From contig SMSO01000007.1 in NCBI GenBank assembly GCA_004764695.1, positions 1,867,270-1,931,269 on the forward strand: DNA of 64,000 nucleotides, given 5' to 3'. Below, piece by piece: positions 48,487-60,549 of this stretch; position 1 is the first letter of the stretch; each line of letters begins with the position of its first letter. Both the position numbers and the translations under genes were made by a program. The notes under the pieces were generated by a model. The model did no database searches, was not told where the DNA came from, and was given only the letters and a program-made list of their open reading frames with translations. This DNA is from Schizochytrium sp. TIO01 (Eukaryota; Protista; Bigyra: Labyrinthulomycetes).

Positions 48487-48921
48487 GCAATCATAGAGGC
48501 GGAAGAGTGATCGAAAGCTCTTTCTTTCCTTTCAAAGAGGAGGATGGCTTGCTAGTTTAAGTGTCTGTTTTCCCCTTACTTGGATTGTGCATATTTTGAT
48601 TGTCATCGAGAATTCATCGATTCCGAGGCGCGGAAACAAAGAAAGCACGTAGAAAGAAATTGGCTGTCTGACTGACCGACTGAATGGACGAACGAGTTAT
48701 TGAATCAATGAATCAATGAATCAATGAATGGATGGATGGATGACTGGGTGGCTGCCTGTCTGCGGGAAGGTAAACTCCGCTCTTCGTGCATTCTTGGCAG
48801 CGCTTGCCCGCGGAAGGAGGCCTTTCTTTGCAGCCTCCGCCCTCTCTCGAAAGAGATGGCTCCTGAATGGAGGAGTGAATGCATTGATCAATGTGATGGA
48901 ACTTTTTTTATGTTTATTTTA

Positions 48922-48958
48922 CTTTAGTTACTTTAGTTTACTTTAGTTTACTTTAGTT
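48922..48958. repeat. (TTTAGTTAC)n nonamer array
   Basis: About 4 copies. Confidence 0.85.
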
Positions 48959-50658
48959 TTGTTAATCGAGAGTCAAAACTCGACCATTGCCTCAATCAAT
49001 TTGCTCTGGAGTGCAGTATTACGAATGGAAGGCAAGCATTATCTATGGTCGATGTCAATGTGAAGATATGCGCGGGCGTTCTTGGTTTCAAGTAGGAAAA
49101 CGAGAACTAGGCACGAATATGTAGTTTTGGCTTTAGTTTAAGCTTTATTAAGTAATATCTGTATTTTTATATTCCTTACTATTCGAGTGTAACTAAAACG
49201 ATGTTTAGATGTATATACCTATATTTCGAATTAAAATTAAACTTGAAAAATAAATAAATAAATGGGTAAAGTGGCTCTACAATGATTCCCGTTTCTTCGA
49301 AGGCGAAGAAGAAGATGACCAAATGACCGATCTGTAGAGTTCCAAAGTATAGCTTAAGGTGGGCAGTCTCTCGCACGCGCTTTCAAAAGACCCGTCTTCT
49401 TCTTATTCTTATTCTGCCAAACCGAACTGCATGTGCTTCATGCCCTTTCCTTCTTCTTCTTCGACGCACTGCAAAGCTAAATTCTGAAAGAAAGAAAGAA
49501 AGAAAGAAAAACTTTAAAAGGGAGCGAATTAAAATAGCGCAATAACCTCGGAAGGCGCCTTTCGCCTGAAGTGGAGAAGGCATCAATCAAGAAAGGCCGT
49601 GCGTAGTGACAGCAGAGGATGAGCTTTATGCACAGCAATGAGAACAGCTCGACGACCAGTCCCTCCTTTGGTGTGCCTCTCACGTAAACTCAAGCAAGAC
49701 ACTCACTTCTCCATTCCTCAAACAAGGTTCGACTTGCTGGCAACATTTCTTTGCAGTTCAGGCTCTTTCATGCGTCGAGAGAGATAGTGCATGGTAGTTA
49801 ATTAGTTTATTTATTTAATTAAGTTAGTTAGTTCGTTGTTAGGAAGCAGTATGCAGGAGCGCACTGCGAAAGCGAAATGGCCGTGAAGAAACAGGGAAAG
49901 AAAGCACTTCTCAACAAATCCTTTTCTTTGTTGCCGATTCGTGGCCGAAAGAGCGCTCGGCATGCGCTTTCTTGCGGTACCCGCGATATACAGAGACATG
50001 CGCTTGTCTCTTCACTTTTCATGGTTTCGTATTTTCATTGAGTTTTGGTATTTTAATTGTAAAAAGTTGAGAGAATAGATCCCACTGAGGGAGACAAAGG
50101 GAAACTCAAAAGAATGGGCCTTAATCGCTCGCTAGCGAAGAGCACTATAATCGAAGTTCGTGATGAACTTTTTTTGTTTCTGCTTTTGTTTTGAGGATTT
50201 GTTTGCTGTTTATAAATAAAATAGAAAAATCGAAATGAGTGAGTTGTTGATGGAATAAATAAGAAGGAGAAGAGAGGGAAAACGATCAAAGAGCTGTTCA
50301 ATCCAAAGCGTGCACAGGAAGAAGGAAAAGAAAAGTGAAAGAAAGGAGAAGGAAGGAAGGAAGGAAGAATGCTCTCTTTCCTTACTTATTGTCTTTCTTT
50401 CTTTCTTTCTTTCTTTTCGCTGCTTTTCAGTAAGCCTGAATTCTTTGTTTTGCAGAACTGATTCGAAAACAAATAAACAAACAAACAAATAAATAAATAA
50501 ACAAACAAAGAAACAAACAAAGAAACAAACACCCAATCGATCGACCGCCGCTGTGATTCGCCAGAGAGGCGAGGCGGGGCGAAGGAAGGCGTGGGAAGGC
50601 GTGGCATTCTGTAGAGTGGAGGAGTGGCCAATCCCGCACTCACTCCCTCTTTTCAGAA

Positions 50659-52845
50659 ATGTTGCGGCGAAAGTCCTCTTCATCAACGCAGGAGGACCAC
50701 AACACCGGCAGCATGAGCTTGAGCAGGAACTCCAATACGCCGAGCTCTGGCGGACTTGCGGTGCTTCAGATGCCCTCACGACGGAACTTGGGCGGGAACA
50801 CACGGCGCTCCGACAGCGCCTCTGCTGGCGTGCGTATGGAAGCCGCCCGGAAATTGTGCGCCAAGACAAGGGATCCTGTGGATGGGAGTGAGCTAACCCC
50901 AGCAGAGGCGTACGCACAAAGCGATGGCTTGCTATTCGCATCAGGACGCACACAGTTCGAATACTTCGACTCACTCGAGAAGGGCACCGAGCTGCTTGTG
51001 CAGAATGGTAGACCCTCAAAATTGCGACTCGAAAAGACCCGGCTTTGGCAGCGCAACATCTCATTGAGAGGCAAGTCCAGTCAGCAACAGTTTGTTGCCT
51101 CTGCAGCTCTTCAAGTCGGCGAGTTCGCATTCACAGTCGATTCATCGCTCATCGAACAAGGATTCATACAGACACGCAAGGCCACCATAGAACTTCAAGT
51201 GAGCAGCGGAGGCAAGGTCCTTATGCAGAAAGTGGTGGTGCTCAACAGACGTCATCCGAGGGAAATCATCCACTTTAAAATTGAACCTGAAAATGAAAAC
51301 ACAGTGCTTCTTGCGAAATTTGCGTGCGGAAGCGCTATTAAACCTGTGCATATCCATGCTGCACTGACGTTCTTAGCAGCACCAGAGTTTGTGAAAAGAG
51401 CAGCTAAAGCAAGGCACCGCTCGAGATCGCTCATTAAACCACAGGAGTATATGGTAGAGATCCTCAAGGGACCGTCGGGAATGGGAATGTCACTCTGCTG
51501 GAATCAGAATCTTCGATGTGCATTGGTAAGCTCAGTTGAACGAGATGGACCTGCAGATCTACGGGGCATGATTGCGATCGGAGACCATGTGAAATCTATC
51601 CAGGGCATTCGCGTGGAGAATATCCCATTTGAAGAACAGCTGCAGATGATTAGGGATGTCCCCAAGTACCTCGTGCTAGTGCTGCGGGAAGGATCTCCGC
51701 GCACATGCGCCTCGCGATCAAGTGATAACCTCCTTTCAGACGAAGACAACTACAACATTATTATTGGGAATGACTCGTCAACTTCACTGTCCTCCCTTGA
51801 CATCAGCGGCAACAATGACTATAATAACCAAAGCGAGGCAATGGAACCCCGCCTCTCTGATGCTCTTGAAGACTACCCGGAGGATGACCTTGAACTTGAC
51901 CAGGCAGAGGACTCTTTAATGACCAGGAATTCGGAACAGTCGCTCTCACCAACGTCTTCTCCTTGCTGTAACAGAGTGAAAAAGGGCCGGTCGTCTACAG
52001 CTTGCTCTACTTCATCCGCAGTCACAGAAGGATCCACTGAATCTAGTAGTAAGGATTCACTCTACGAGGGCTCCCTTGACGAGCCTGTGGTCACTTCATC
52101 TTCCTCGTTTATATCGTCGGGAAAGGAACGTGTCTGCTCCGTGTGCATGCAAAGTGACGCAATCACGCCTGCAAGCCTTTCATGCGATCATGGACACATC
52201 TTGTGTGGAGATTGCATTGAAGGTTTTGTCCAGTTTGCGAGCTCAGTGGGAAATGAGGACCAGCTTGGGAAAGATCGTATGTCAATTAAGTGCGTGTATC
52301 CTGACTGCACAGCTCCTCCTATCTCTGCTCATGAACTCGCTCCCCACATTCCTTCAGAAACCTTCCATGCCCTATTGCGGGCTGGTCTGCGCAGCCACGA
52401 ACAAACTGTTCTCCATGATGAACGTGAGAGACAGCACCTCAAAGACACAGCCATTCAAAAGCATGTCAACTATGTGGCAGACGAAATTCTCACTTTGAAG
52501 TGCCCTCGCAATGGCCACCCGTTTGTAGATTTTGATGGTTGCCTTGCTCTCACGTGTACTCGTTGCAAACCTCGTTGTAATTTTTGCGCATGGTGCCTCG
52601 CTGACTGTGGCGCTATTTCACACTCGCATGTCATGCGCTGCCCTGCGTCTCTCAAACCGGGATCGTTCTTTGCTCCTTTACAAGATGTCCACAAGGCCCA
52701 TGCCAAGCGTGCCCAGAACCTCTTTGTTGAGTACTGGCGAGACCATGTTACGCAGGAGCCCAAACATGTCCGTGAGGCAGTCCTTGACCAGATCAAGGCA
52801 ACCCACGGTGAGACCCTCGGCCCGGTTCTTCCAGAAAAGGCTTGA
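50659..52845 (+). CDS. PDZ domain + RING + RBR-type RING2/Rcat-like domain protein (putative E3 ubiquitin ligase)
   Basis: PDZ at about 51446-51690 (VEILKGPSGMGMSL..VSSVERDGPA..IAIGDHVKSIQG). RING CSVC..CDHGHILCGDC..CVYPDC at about 52133-52310. C-terminal KCPR..DFDGCLALTC..C..FCAWC at about 52495-52645. Confidence 0.85.
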   Translation: MLRRKSSSSTQEDHNTGSMSLSRNSNTPSSGGLAVLQMPSRRNLGGNTRRSDSASAGVRMEAARKLCAKTRDPVDGSELTPAEAYAQSDGLLFASGRTQFEYFDSLEKGTELLVQNGRPSKLRLEKTRLWQRNISLRGKSSQQQFVASAALQVGEFAFTVDSSLIEQGFIQTRKATIELQVSSGGKVLMQKVVVLNRRHPREIIHFKIEPENENTVLLAKFACGSAIKPVHIHAALTFLAAPEFVKRAAKARHRSRSLIKPQEYMVEILKGPSGMGMSLCWNQNLRCALVSSVERDGPADLRGMIAIGDHVKSIQGIRVENIPFEEQLQMIRDVPKYLVLVLREGSPRTCASRSSDNLLSDEDNYNIIIGNDSSTSLSSLDISGNNDYNNQSEAMEPRLSDALEDYPEDDLELDQAEDSLMTRNSEQSLSPTSSPCCNRVKKGRSSTACSTSSAVTEGSTESSSKDSLYEGSLDEPVVTSSSSFISSGKERVCSVCMQSDAITPASLSCDHGHILCGDCIEGFVQFASSVGNEDQLGKDRMSIKCVYPDCTAPPISAHELAPHIPSETFHALLRAGLRSHEQTVLHDERERQHLKDTAIQKHVNYVADEILTLKCPRNGHPFVDFDGCLALTCTRCKPRCNFCAWCLADCGAISHSHVMRCPASLKPGSFFAPLQDVHKAHAKRAQNLFVEYWRDHVTQEPKHVREAVLDQIKATHGETLGPVLPEKA

Positions 52846-54490
52846 TTGAGCCTATTCACACCCTTTGCACTCTACTCAATGCAGACCATGACTCAATCGT
52901 ACACTCAATCGATACACAGAAATCAAGGCGTTTTGTTCATTTGTCAATGCTGCTCTTCCTATTGGTTCATCTGTGGCCCATTTTCCACCTCATGTATTTT
53001 TAGAATTCTCACACACCCAATGTACTACGCTTTTATAAAAAAATATGCATCATGCTTACATAAATTCAATCCAATAACATACCTACTATAGTGGTCCAGA
53101 TCTTGCTATAACTCTCAATCTCTCCCTGTTGCAAAGGGACACCATCGTTCAGTCTGCAGCCAAATATAACCGTTTGTCATTTTCCGTTCACACCCCGTTC
53201 TCTTACAGAGGTCGCTCTGGAGTAGTTCCTTAATTATCGTCGCTATCCCGATACACCCTGGCTACTTGACGACGAGCAATTTTAAGTACCTTCCTACCTA
53301 CGAATTACATCACAACATTCACTCCTCCATCAAACTCTACCGCGTTTGGAGAATCATCTAAGAAAGGACAACTATGTACCATTGGTAAAAGAAGATACGT
53401 ACCTTAAACACTATAGTGTTTGTTACCATGGTAGCTACCAATAGTACGTATTGATTCCGTACCCCACTGACAAAACAGTCCTACCTAATACATTACAAGG
53501 ATACACTTAGAGATTAACCTATAAAATTTGCAAAATTGCATTTCCGATTGTGACAAAGTCGAATCGAGAGATAGAAACTGACCTGCGACTCAAGGACAAT
53601 TCTTGAATCCTGTCCTTAGATACGTAGTGGAAACAGATGCCTCTGGCGCCGTGGCTACTACGTGTTTGCATTTTGGGGGCATATGAGAACCATGGATGTT
53701 CGGCTTTGTCGTGGGTAGTGCCACATTCATTACATGTTCTTGAAGTGCAATCCTCTCAGCAAATGGCAACTTTCGCACCAAGGGGAGAGCTTGGCTTTGT
53801 GAATGATCCCTTATCAGAAGCTAACGAACGACACACCATTTGAGATATCTTGGTTTTGATCCATCTCTTGTTAACTGTTGAGGTTTCACATTTAGGCAAA
53901 TAGATAACACCGGAGTTTTTACAGAGCCAAACTGCAAGCTGGCTGTGAATCTCGGTAGTCCAGGAGGACACGCAAGGTCGGCCTTTTGAAGTCAACCCCT
54001 CTACCGGTGTCTTTGTGGACGACGGAGGCGTGTGGAATTGCTTCACTTGTAGTGTTTGGACCTTGGCCATTTCATGTTCTTACCTTACAATCACTTCTTA
54101 ACAAAGACCGAATAATTAATTTTAATACATCATTTATATGCAATAGATACTACTATTCGGAGGTTAGGTAAGTTCTAAATTTTTCCTAGGATACAGTAGT
54201 CAATAGGCCCACCTACTTTGTCATAACACTTCCATCTACGTGTTCCTTAGGCAAACTCATAGGTCCTTGAGCCTATCCCTGCACCGTTCCACAAGTTCCG
54301 TCGTATCGCCTTTGTATGAAAAGCTGCGAAGCACAAAGCGCGATGTGATACATAATATCCTCTCTAACAGAGGATATCCTAGCCCTCTTCGCTGCTGCCG
54401 CTGCCTGCGCTGCAGCGCTCAGTCATTTATCAGGACGCGGAGAGCGACAGAGCTTGCGCAAGAGCAGAGCAGCGAGCAACAGGAGAGACC

Positions 54491-55317
54491 ATGGCATCCG
54501 GCTTTGGATTCAAGACCCCCACTGGCAGGTGCCACTCTTTCTACGTGGACCTCGCCGAGTGCATGGTGAGTTGGATCGACCGGCCATGAGCCGATGGAGC
54601 TGCGACGGCCTCGCTCGCGAGGCGGCTTATCTGGCACGAATGATAGCGGGCGAGACCGATCCCTATGAAGGAAGGAGGAGGATCACTCGGTGGACATATC
54701 TTAACTGAAGAGGTGGAGACTGACGAGGTGCTGGTAACGACCGTGGTTGATAATTTTGATGACGATTGATGAATGAACCTACAGAAAACTGAGGAGGACG
54801 CTAGCCTCTGCAAGCCTATCCGTGCTGACTACTTCGAGTGCCTGCACCACCGCAAGGAGGTAAGTAACTATCTTATATCTTAGGGATATTTCTTTGAGGA
54901 ATGCACGACAGTGATGGATTACTGACAGTCTGCTCTTTTAATGTGTGTGCTTGTGTTCGTGATATTATCTCTATATTATGAATCGTGTTTATTATTATTG
55001 GCTATTGCGATGGAATGACCTTTTTCTTACTCCTCCTTGTGGAATTTCTTCTGTGGGATTTTTTTGACAATCCTACCCGTTGTTTGCGGGTGGTTGACTT
55101 TGGACAAAATCGAATTGAACCTGTCAAAAAAAAACTTCTTACCGGTCTGACCTATCTTTGTATGAATGATATCTTGCTTGCATATCATGATGTCTATGGT
55201 ATCGTTGCACAGTTTGAGCGCCGAAGCGAGATCGCTAAGCAGTACCGCAAGCACGGCGGCGTCCCTGCCCCGGAGGAACCTGCAGCCCCCGCTAAGGCAG
55301 AAGAGTCGTCACACTAA
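54491..55317 (+). CDS. NDUFS5: NADH:ubiquinone oxidoreductase 15 kDa subunit (twin CX9C); exons 54491-54565, 54785-54859, 55213-55317; 84 aa
   Basis: Spliced product MASGFGFKTPTGRCHSFYVDLAECM|KTEEDASLCKPIRADYFECLHHRKE|FERRSEIAKQYRKHGGVPAPEEPAAPAKAEESSH*. It matches the MASG.G..GRC..F..C / C..DY.ECLHH.KE signature. Donors GTGAGT (54566) and GTAAGT (54860); acceptors CAG (54784, 55212). Confidence 0.92.
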
Positions 55318-56236
55318 CGAATGCGAGGGTGGTCTTTAACACCGTGTCATGCATAAAGAGCCAATTTGACCTTTTGCTGACTACGTGTGTGCATACACAT
55401 AACTCTTTCATTAATGACCTCGTCCGTCCATGCTAGGCAGCCGTGATGTACCCCATCGGCCCCAGGCACATGCACTACATCAACTAACACCATACCTTTT
55501 TGTCTCCACAGTGGAGACATTTAACCCTTGAACCTTTTCACTCTAATCAGAATACATGCAAACAGAATAGTTGAGGTTCTTTTGAAGCTTTTCTTGCTTT
55601 TCATTCACAACATTATCCCCAGTCACTTGTCACTCCTTCCTTTCTCCTTGCTATAGAGTCAATTCTTGAGTACGCAAATCACGTCTGCTGATTTCAATCG
55701 TTTTAAGATCGTCTTTCATCTTGAAGAATCTCAAAAGCAAATCTATCTTTGCGCCTGCTTGTAAAAAGAAAAAAACAGCGCACTTGAAAGAACGGTAAAA
55801 ATGAGTCTGGTGGATATAAAAGTAATGCGGGTTGATCCGTTCGTAACACTAGTAGGCTCATCATAAAAATTAGACAGTTTGAATGCTTTCCTGCTCAGGA
55901 TACAGGCTTCTTGACCGCATTGTCATATATCGACACTTGAGAGGGTGAACAGAAGAAAGGAGTAAGAAACACTTCAGCAATTTGCAAATTGTAACACAAG
56001 TGGTCAAACAAGGGATTTCAACCATTTGAGAGACCTATTGAAGTATATGACGCCGCATATGCAAATGAATACCTCCTTACGCATTCTATTTTTGGGCTAT
56101 TAGGGCCATAGAAACAAATGGACCTGCAGAAATTTTGTGCAAGAAAAGAAAAGAGAGAAATTCAAGAAGAATTAGAGGTCGTTGTAGTAAGTAGTAGAGT
56201 AAATTATGTACGGAAAACGAGCGCAAAATATCCCAT

Positions 56237-57628
56237 CTAAGCTTGGGCATCTTCACCTTCTCGCAAATCCTGGAAACGGCGGAGCGTGAGCGTGTTGTTC
56301 GCATCACCAGGCCAGGGCGGGCAGTTGGTGAGTGGGCGCTGGCGTTCGCCAGGCTTGTCCGTGCCAAGACGTTCGCCCACACGAACAGTCTGACCGGGGC
56401 TAACATTGAACTCAAAGTCCTTTGATGTTTCAAACACCAGAACCACAGTAGATCCCATATCAAAGGAACCCAACGCCTGGCCACGCACAGCCTGCACGGG
56501 CTCGGGGTACATGCGCTCAGAGATGGCTTTGACGTACGGCTGGTAAGGAAAACGTGACTGCTTGTTGGTCTGCACATCAGTATCAAAAGTGATGTCGATA
56601 GAGCCTACATTGAGCGCACCAACGGCACCAAAGCTGAAGAGGCCACCCTCCCAAGATCCATTTAATACAACACGCTCATTGCGGCAGTACAGGTCTTCCA
56701 CACGCTCCACAGCCCAGGGGCGAACCGGAAGAAGACGGCCTGGGAAATGCCTTCTCTGGTCGATTTCCCAGTCCACGGGGGAGTGAAAGTGGTGGTAGTC
56801 GCCCGGTGCAAGGTAAAGCACCACAGTCTGTAGCTTGCGGTCCGAAGCGATGGCCTCCTCCGTAAGTCCTGCCGGGAATTTGCCCACAAACTCCTCCATC
56901 TTGTACGAGACACCCTTGATCTGCTCCAGTTCGGGTCCTCCGTTCTCAAGCGCAGACTTCATTTCCGTAGTCGCCACATGAAGAACTTTGGCATCTACAG
57001 GGCAGATAACAGCTCCAGGAGAGTCAGCATCCACGCGGCGTACACCATTTTTGAGCGGGCGACGGAAAAACGCTGACAAACTCGGGTAGCTCGCAAAGCT
57101 GTCGCTCATCTCGTGCTGCTTGCAGCTGTACACGTAGGACCAACTGCGGTACACAGCCTCCCGCATCCATGCGTATGGGAGATCGACGTGTGCAAGCGTT
57201 CCCCAAACTTGAGACATCCAGCGGTACGGAGGTCCATAGTTAATGAAGCCAAGAGCAAACTTGTTCCACACCACATCAAAGTCAGGCAACCAAGATTCAG
57301 GCAGAGGTGAGGGATCCTGTACGGTAATCTCGCCCTCAGGGCTCACCAGAACTGCTTGACCAGGTCCGCGAGACCGTGTGCGGGGAAGGTGTGCCTTCTG
57401 CTCAAAGTAGAGCCTGCGGGCTTGGAGCGCTCCAACACACACAAAACCAAGAGCAACGGGAAGTCTGAAGCGTTTCCACTCCTCCCAAAGACTGCTGCCG
57501 CTCTGAGCCTTGCTGGAGAGACCGCGAGAACGAAGCGAAGAGTGCAGACACGGGACTTGCGAGAAACGCTTCGAGGCCTGCAGAGGCACACGAAGAGTAG
57601 TAGAGGATGACAAGAGGATGGACGCCAT
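56237..57628 (-). CDS. PISD: Phosphatidylserine decarboxylase proenzyme, mitochondrial type
   Basis: FFRRPLKNGVR, CPVDAKV, EQIKGVSY, YLAPGDYHHFHSP, NERVVLNG.W, VGALNVGSI and autocleavage motif FDMGSTVVLVF. Presequence plus TM at the N-terminus. First ATG at 57628. Confidence 0.95.
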   Translation of the reverse strand: MASILLSSSTTLRVPLQASKRFSQVPCLHSSLRSRGLSSKAQSGSSLWEEWKRFRLPVALGFVCVGALQARRLYFEQKAHLPRTRSRGPGQAVLVSPEGEITVQDPSPLPESWLPDFDVVWNKFALGFINYGPPYRWMSQVWGTLAHVDLPYAWMREAVYRSWSYVYSCKQHEMSDSFASYPSLSAFFRRPLKNGVRRVDADSPGAVICPVDAKVLHVATTEMKSALENGGPELEQIKGVSYKMEEFVGKFPAGLTEEAIASDRKLQTVVLYLAPGDYHHFHSPVDWEIDQRRHFPGRLLPVRPWAVERVEDLYCRNERVVLNGSWEGGLFSFGAVGALNVGSIDITFDTDVQTNKQSRFPYQPYVKAISERMYPEPVQAVRGQALGSFDMGSTVVLVFETSKDFEFNVSPGQTVRVGERLGTDKPGERQRPLTNCPPWPGDANNTLTLRRFQDLREGEDAQA

Positions 57629-60549
57629 GATGGGCAAGCTGAAGGCCACAATGGACGCGTAGAGATAAACTTGTCCGGGAAGAAGAGGAGGGGGAAGAAC
57701 GACCAGCCAGGGAGCTAGTAAAACCCTCCGCTGCGAAGGCGCGGAAGGAAGGAGGGGAGCCGCGAGAGGCGCGCGGCTTGCAGTTTGTCACACAGTGATT
57801 TGACTAAAGTGGTCGCATCGTCCTCGCTTAATTAATTAGCAATCATTCATTATAATTATCTATATTGTAAGAGATAGAATGCTCTATTTAAAATGCAAAA
57901 GATAAGATCGAGAAACAGATAGATACTTTCTCTGTCCACAGAAGATAATAAAATCCTACAGATACGACCAAACGCAAAGAACCATACTCAGTGGTATCCT
58001 AAACAACCAAACAGATAGCTATGAACAGTAGCAGGTTGGTACATCTTGGCGATGGGAATATACAAGCATAGAGAATCACAGAAGATGATATTTTTCATAT
58101 TTTGTATTTTGTATTTTTGTATTTTATATTTTTTTATTGTTAAAATTAAAACTTCATACATGATATATACAGAGAGCTCAGCTAAAGGCACATAGGCTTC
58201 TTCTAAAGGTTAGTCTAGGGTAACGCCACTATGGGAGACCTCTAGAGTATGTTCTAGGGCAGTAAAGCTAGCAAGAAAGGGTAAGTGTTAGTGCTGCTGT
58301 GTAGGGCGTATAGTTCGTACATGCGACAAGGTGTTGAAAATGGATGACCTCGTACTGTTGTCGCATTTACTAATTGTCGCAAGTGACACTTAACTGTGAT
58401 TTAATGATTTACTCATCAGATCTGATAATTGATTTCTAAATCTGAAGTGGGGTTGTTTTTGTGCTATGTTTCTTCGTGCGCCAAAGTATACGAAAGTATT
58501 CTGTGTGGCGTTGAGGAAATTGACATGTCTTGCATGAGGAGGATTTACCTAAATGTATCAGAGAAAAATCTGTGGAAATCTATAACAACTTGAATTGGTC
58601 TGGGATACTAATCGATGGAAGAGAAAGAAGTCATTACTTATTTGAGATTATGAGGGTTCACTTGAACACCGTGCGTGCGCATGAGAGTCTTGAAGAGCCC
58701 CAGCGCGAGCGAGCTGTTTGCATTCTCAGTCTAGAGAACTATAACACCACAGACAATGCGCTTTGTGATGAAGACACGCTATCTATAAAGATTATCTCCT
58801 CCAGTCAATAGACCTTGCAATAAGACCACACAGCTCTCCCCACAGGGCAAGATGAAGGGTCTATTAAATGTTCCGGGGTTGGATGCGCTTAAGGTCTGCA
58901 AGGTGGAAGGTACTTTGAAATGCTTAGCATCAGCTGTCGCAAAGCGATTGACACTGTGAATCAAATGCGGTAAGTGAAGACCTTGTCGGGAACAACACAT
59001 CGCCCACCCACAGGAATCTCCTCTCTGATGCCTATACCGTGGAGAAAAGCCCCAATACTTCTAATAACACAAGACTCACATACTCGGGACGTGAATAATA
59101 ATTTTTATTACATTAGTGATAATTTGTTGAGTTTATTCATGGTATTCGAGCTGCACGATGTCTTTCGATGTTTTTGACGGCTGTTGCGCTGGGGAATGTT
59201 GAAATGAGCTCGGTAACTACTTTCTTGCTTTGCGTTTGGCGCTTAGTGTATAGCTTCCTCAGGACTGATGATTGTCATGATCACGTCAGAAACTGCAGCT
59301 GAAAAACAGCCAGCGATCCATGTTTCACCAGGATCATTTGATGTAGTGACCTCTCTTTGGAGGTGTTCACGTCTTGACCGTAAAGACCAGTTCATTTAAA
59401 AGGCAGAGATTGATAAGTTCTTGCAGAGATTCGTATTGCAAAATCTCGCCCCTAGCTTCCCTGCAATATCGTTGATTTAAACACCTTAAAGTCTTAAATC
59501 CAAGCTTAAGTTGATTATTCTTGCAAGTCGATACTTTGTAAAATTGCCTTTTTGTATATTCCATCTACCATTCAGTAAATCTAATTGTATTGTTTGCTTT
59601 TATAGTGGAAACCATGTTAAACCTCCTAAAGTCTATTAGCAGAAACGTTTTCATACTTCTTCCTGAAAATGGAGTACTTACAATGAATGTCTTTGTTATC
59701 GAAGTTTCTGAAGAAAAGAATTTCAGGGATTTTATTGTTGGAATTTCACATTCGAAGAAGATATAACTAACTAAAGTGGTAGGCTTTTCAGTCTTGGTGC
59801 TTACTTGAACTTCATAAATACTTCCTGTGCTGAGTTTGCCTCTATAAACGAACCAGCGTGTCAACACGCTTTTCAAATCATCATCTTCCCTTTCAAAGCG
59901 GAATCTTGCAAAGTATATTATAGAAGGATAAAATTGGCACAAGCTAATACTGCTTCTCAAATTTGACCTTCTTAATACAGGAAACCATCTGGAAACAAAA
60001 AGGATTTTACTACTCGAATTCAAGTCCAAGTGAGGAAAAGTAAGAGACGCGCATAAAGTCAACGCTTCATCAGGATCCGAGCTACAATAAGTTAAAAGGC
60101 ATAATTTTTCTTTTTTGCTGTTATCAACAGCATTGAAGCTAACTAGCATTTTTATAATTCATGAAGTGTCATGCATCCCAAACTATTGCCCATGCCAATT
60201 GAACAGGCTCTCTATTTTCACCAATGTAAAGCGAAAAATGACCACATCAGTTCTCAAATCTACTAACTTTTCAAGAGTGTAAAATACTATCATCGCGTCA
60301 TTCGCCTTTTGTCTTACATGTCCTACATTCTCCTAAGTGTCATTACTACATCAGCCAATTCCCCGCTCCTCAATTATGTTGCTACATCCCCGTAGATCTT
60401 GAACTTGTTTCATTCATCAACTTCAATTAATTTATATGGGGGAACACAGGGAATTCTCTCTGGTGGACCAGTGGCTCCGCAGAGCACGAACTGGACCTCC
60501 GAGACGGTTCTTGGCCGCTCTTTGGCGAAGGTTGTTGCGTGACAGGACG

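Noticed and set aside
50210-51130. 306-aa minus ORF overlapping the PDZ-RING gene
   Set aside because: Antisense shadow running into TTTG/CTTT repeats.
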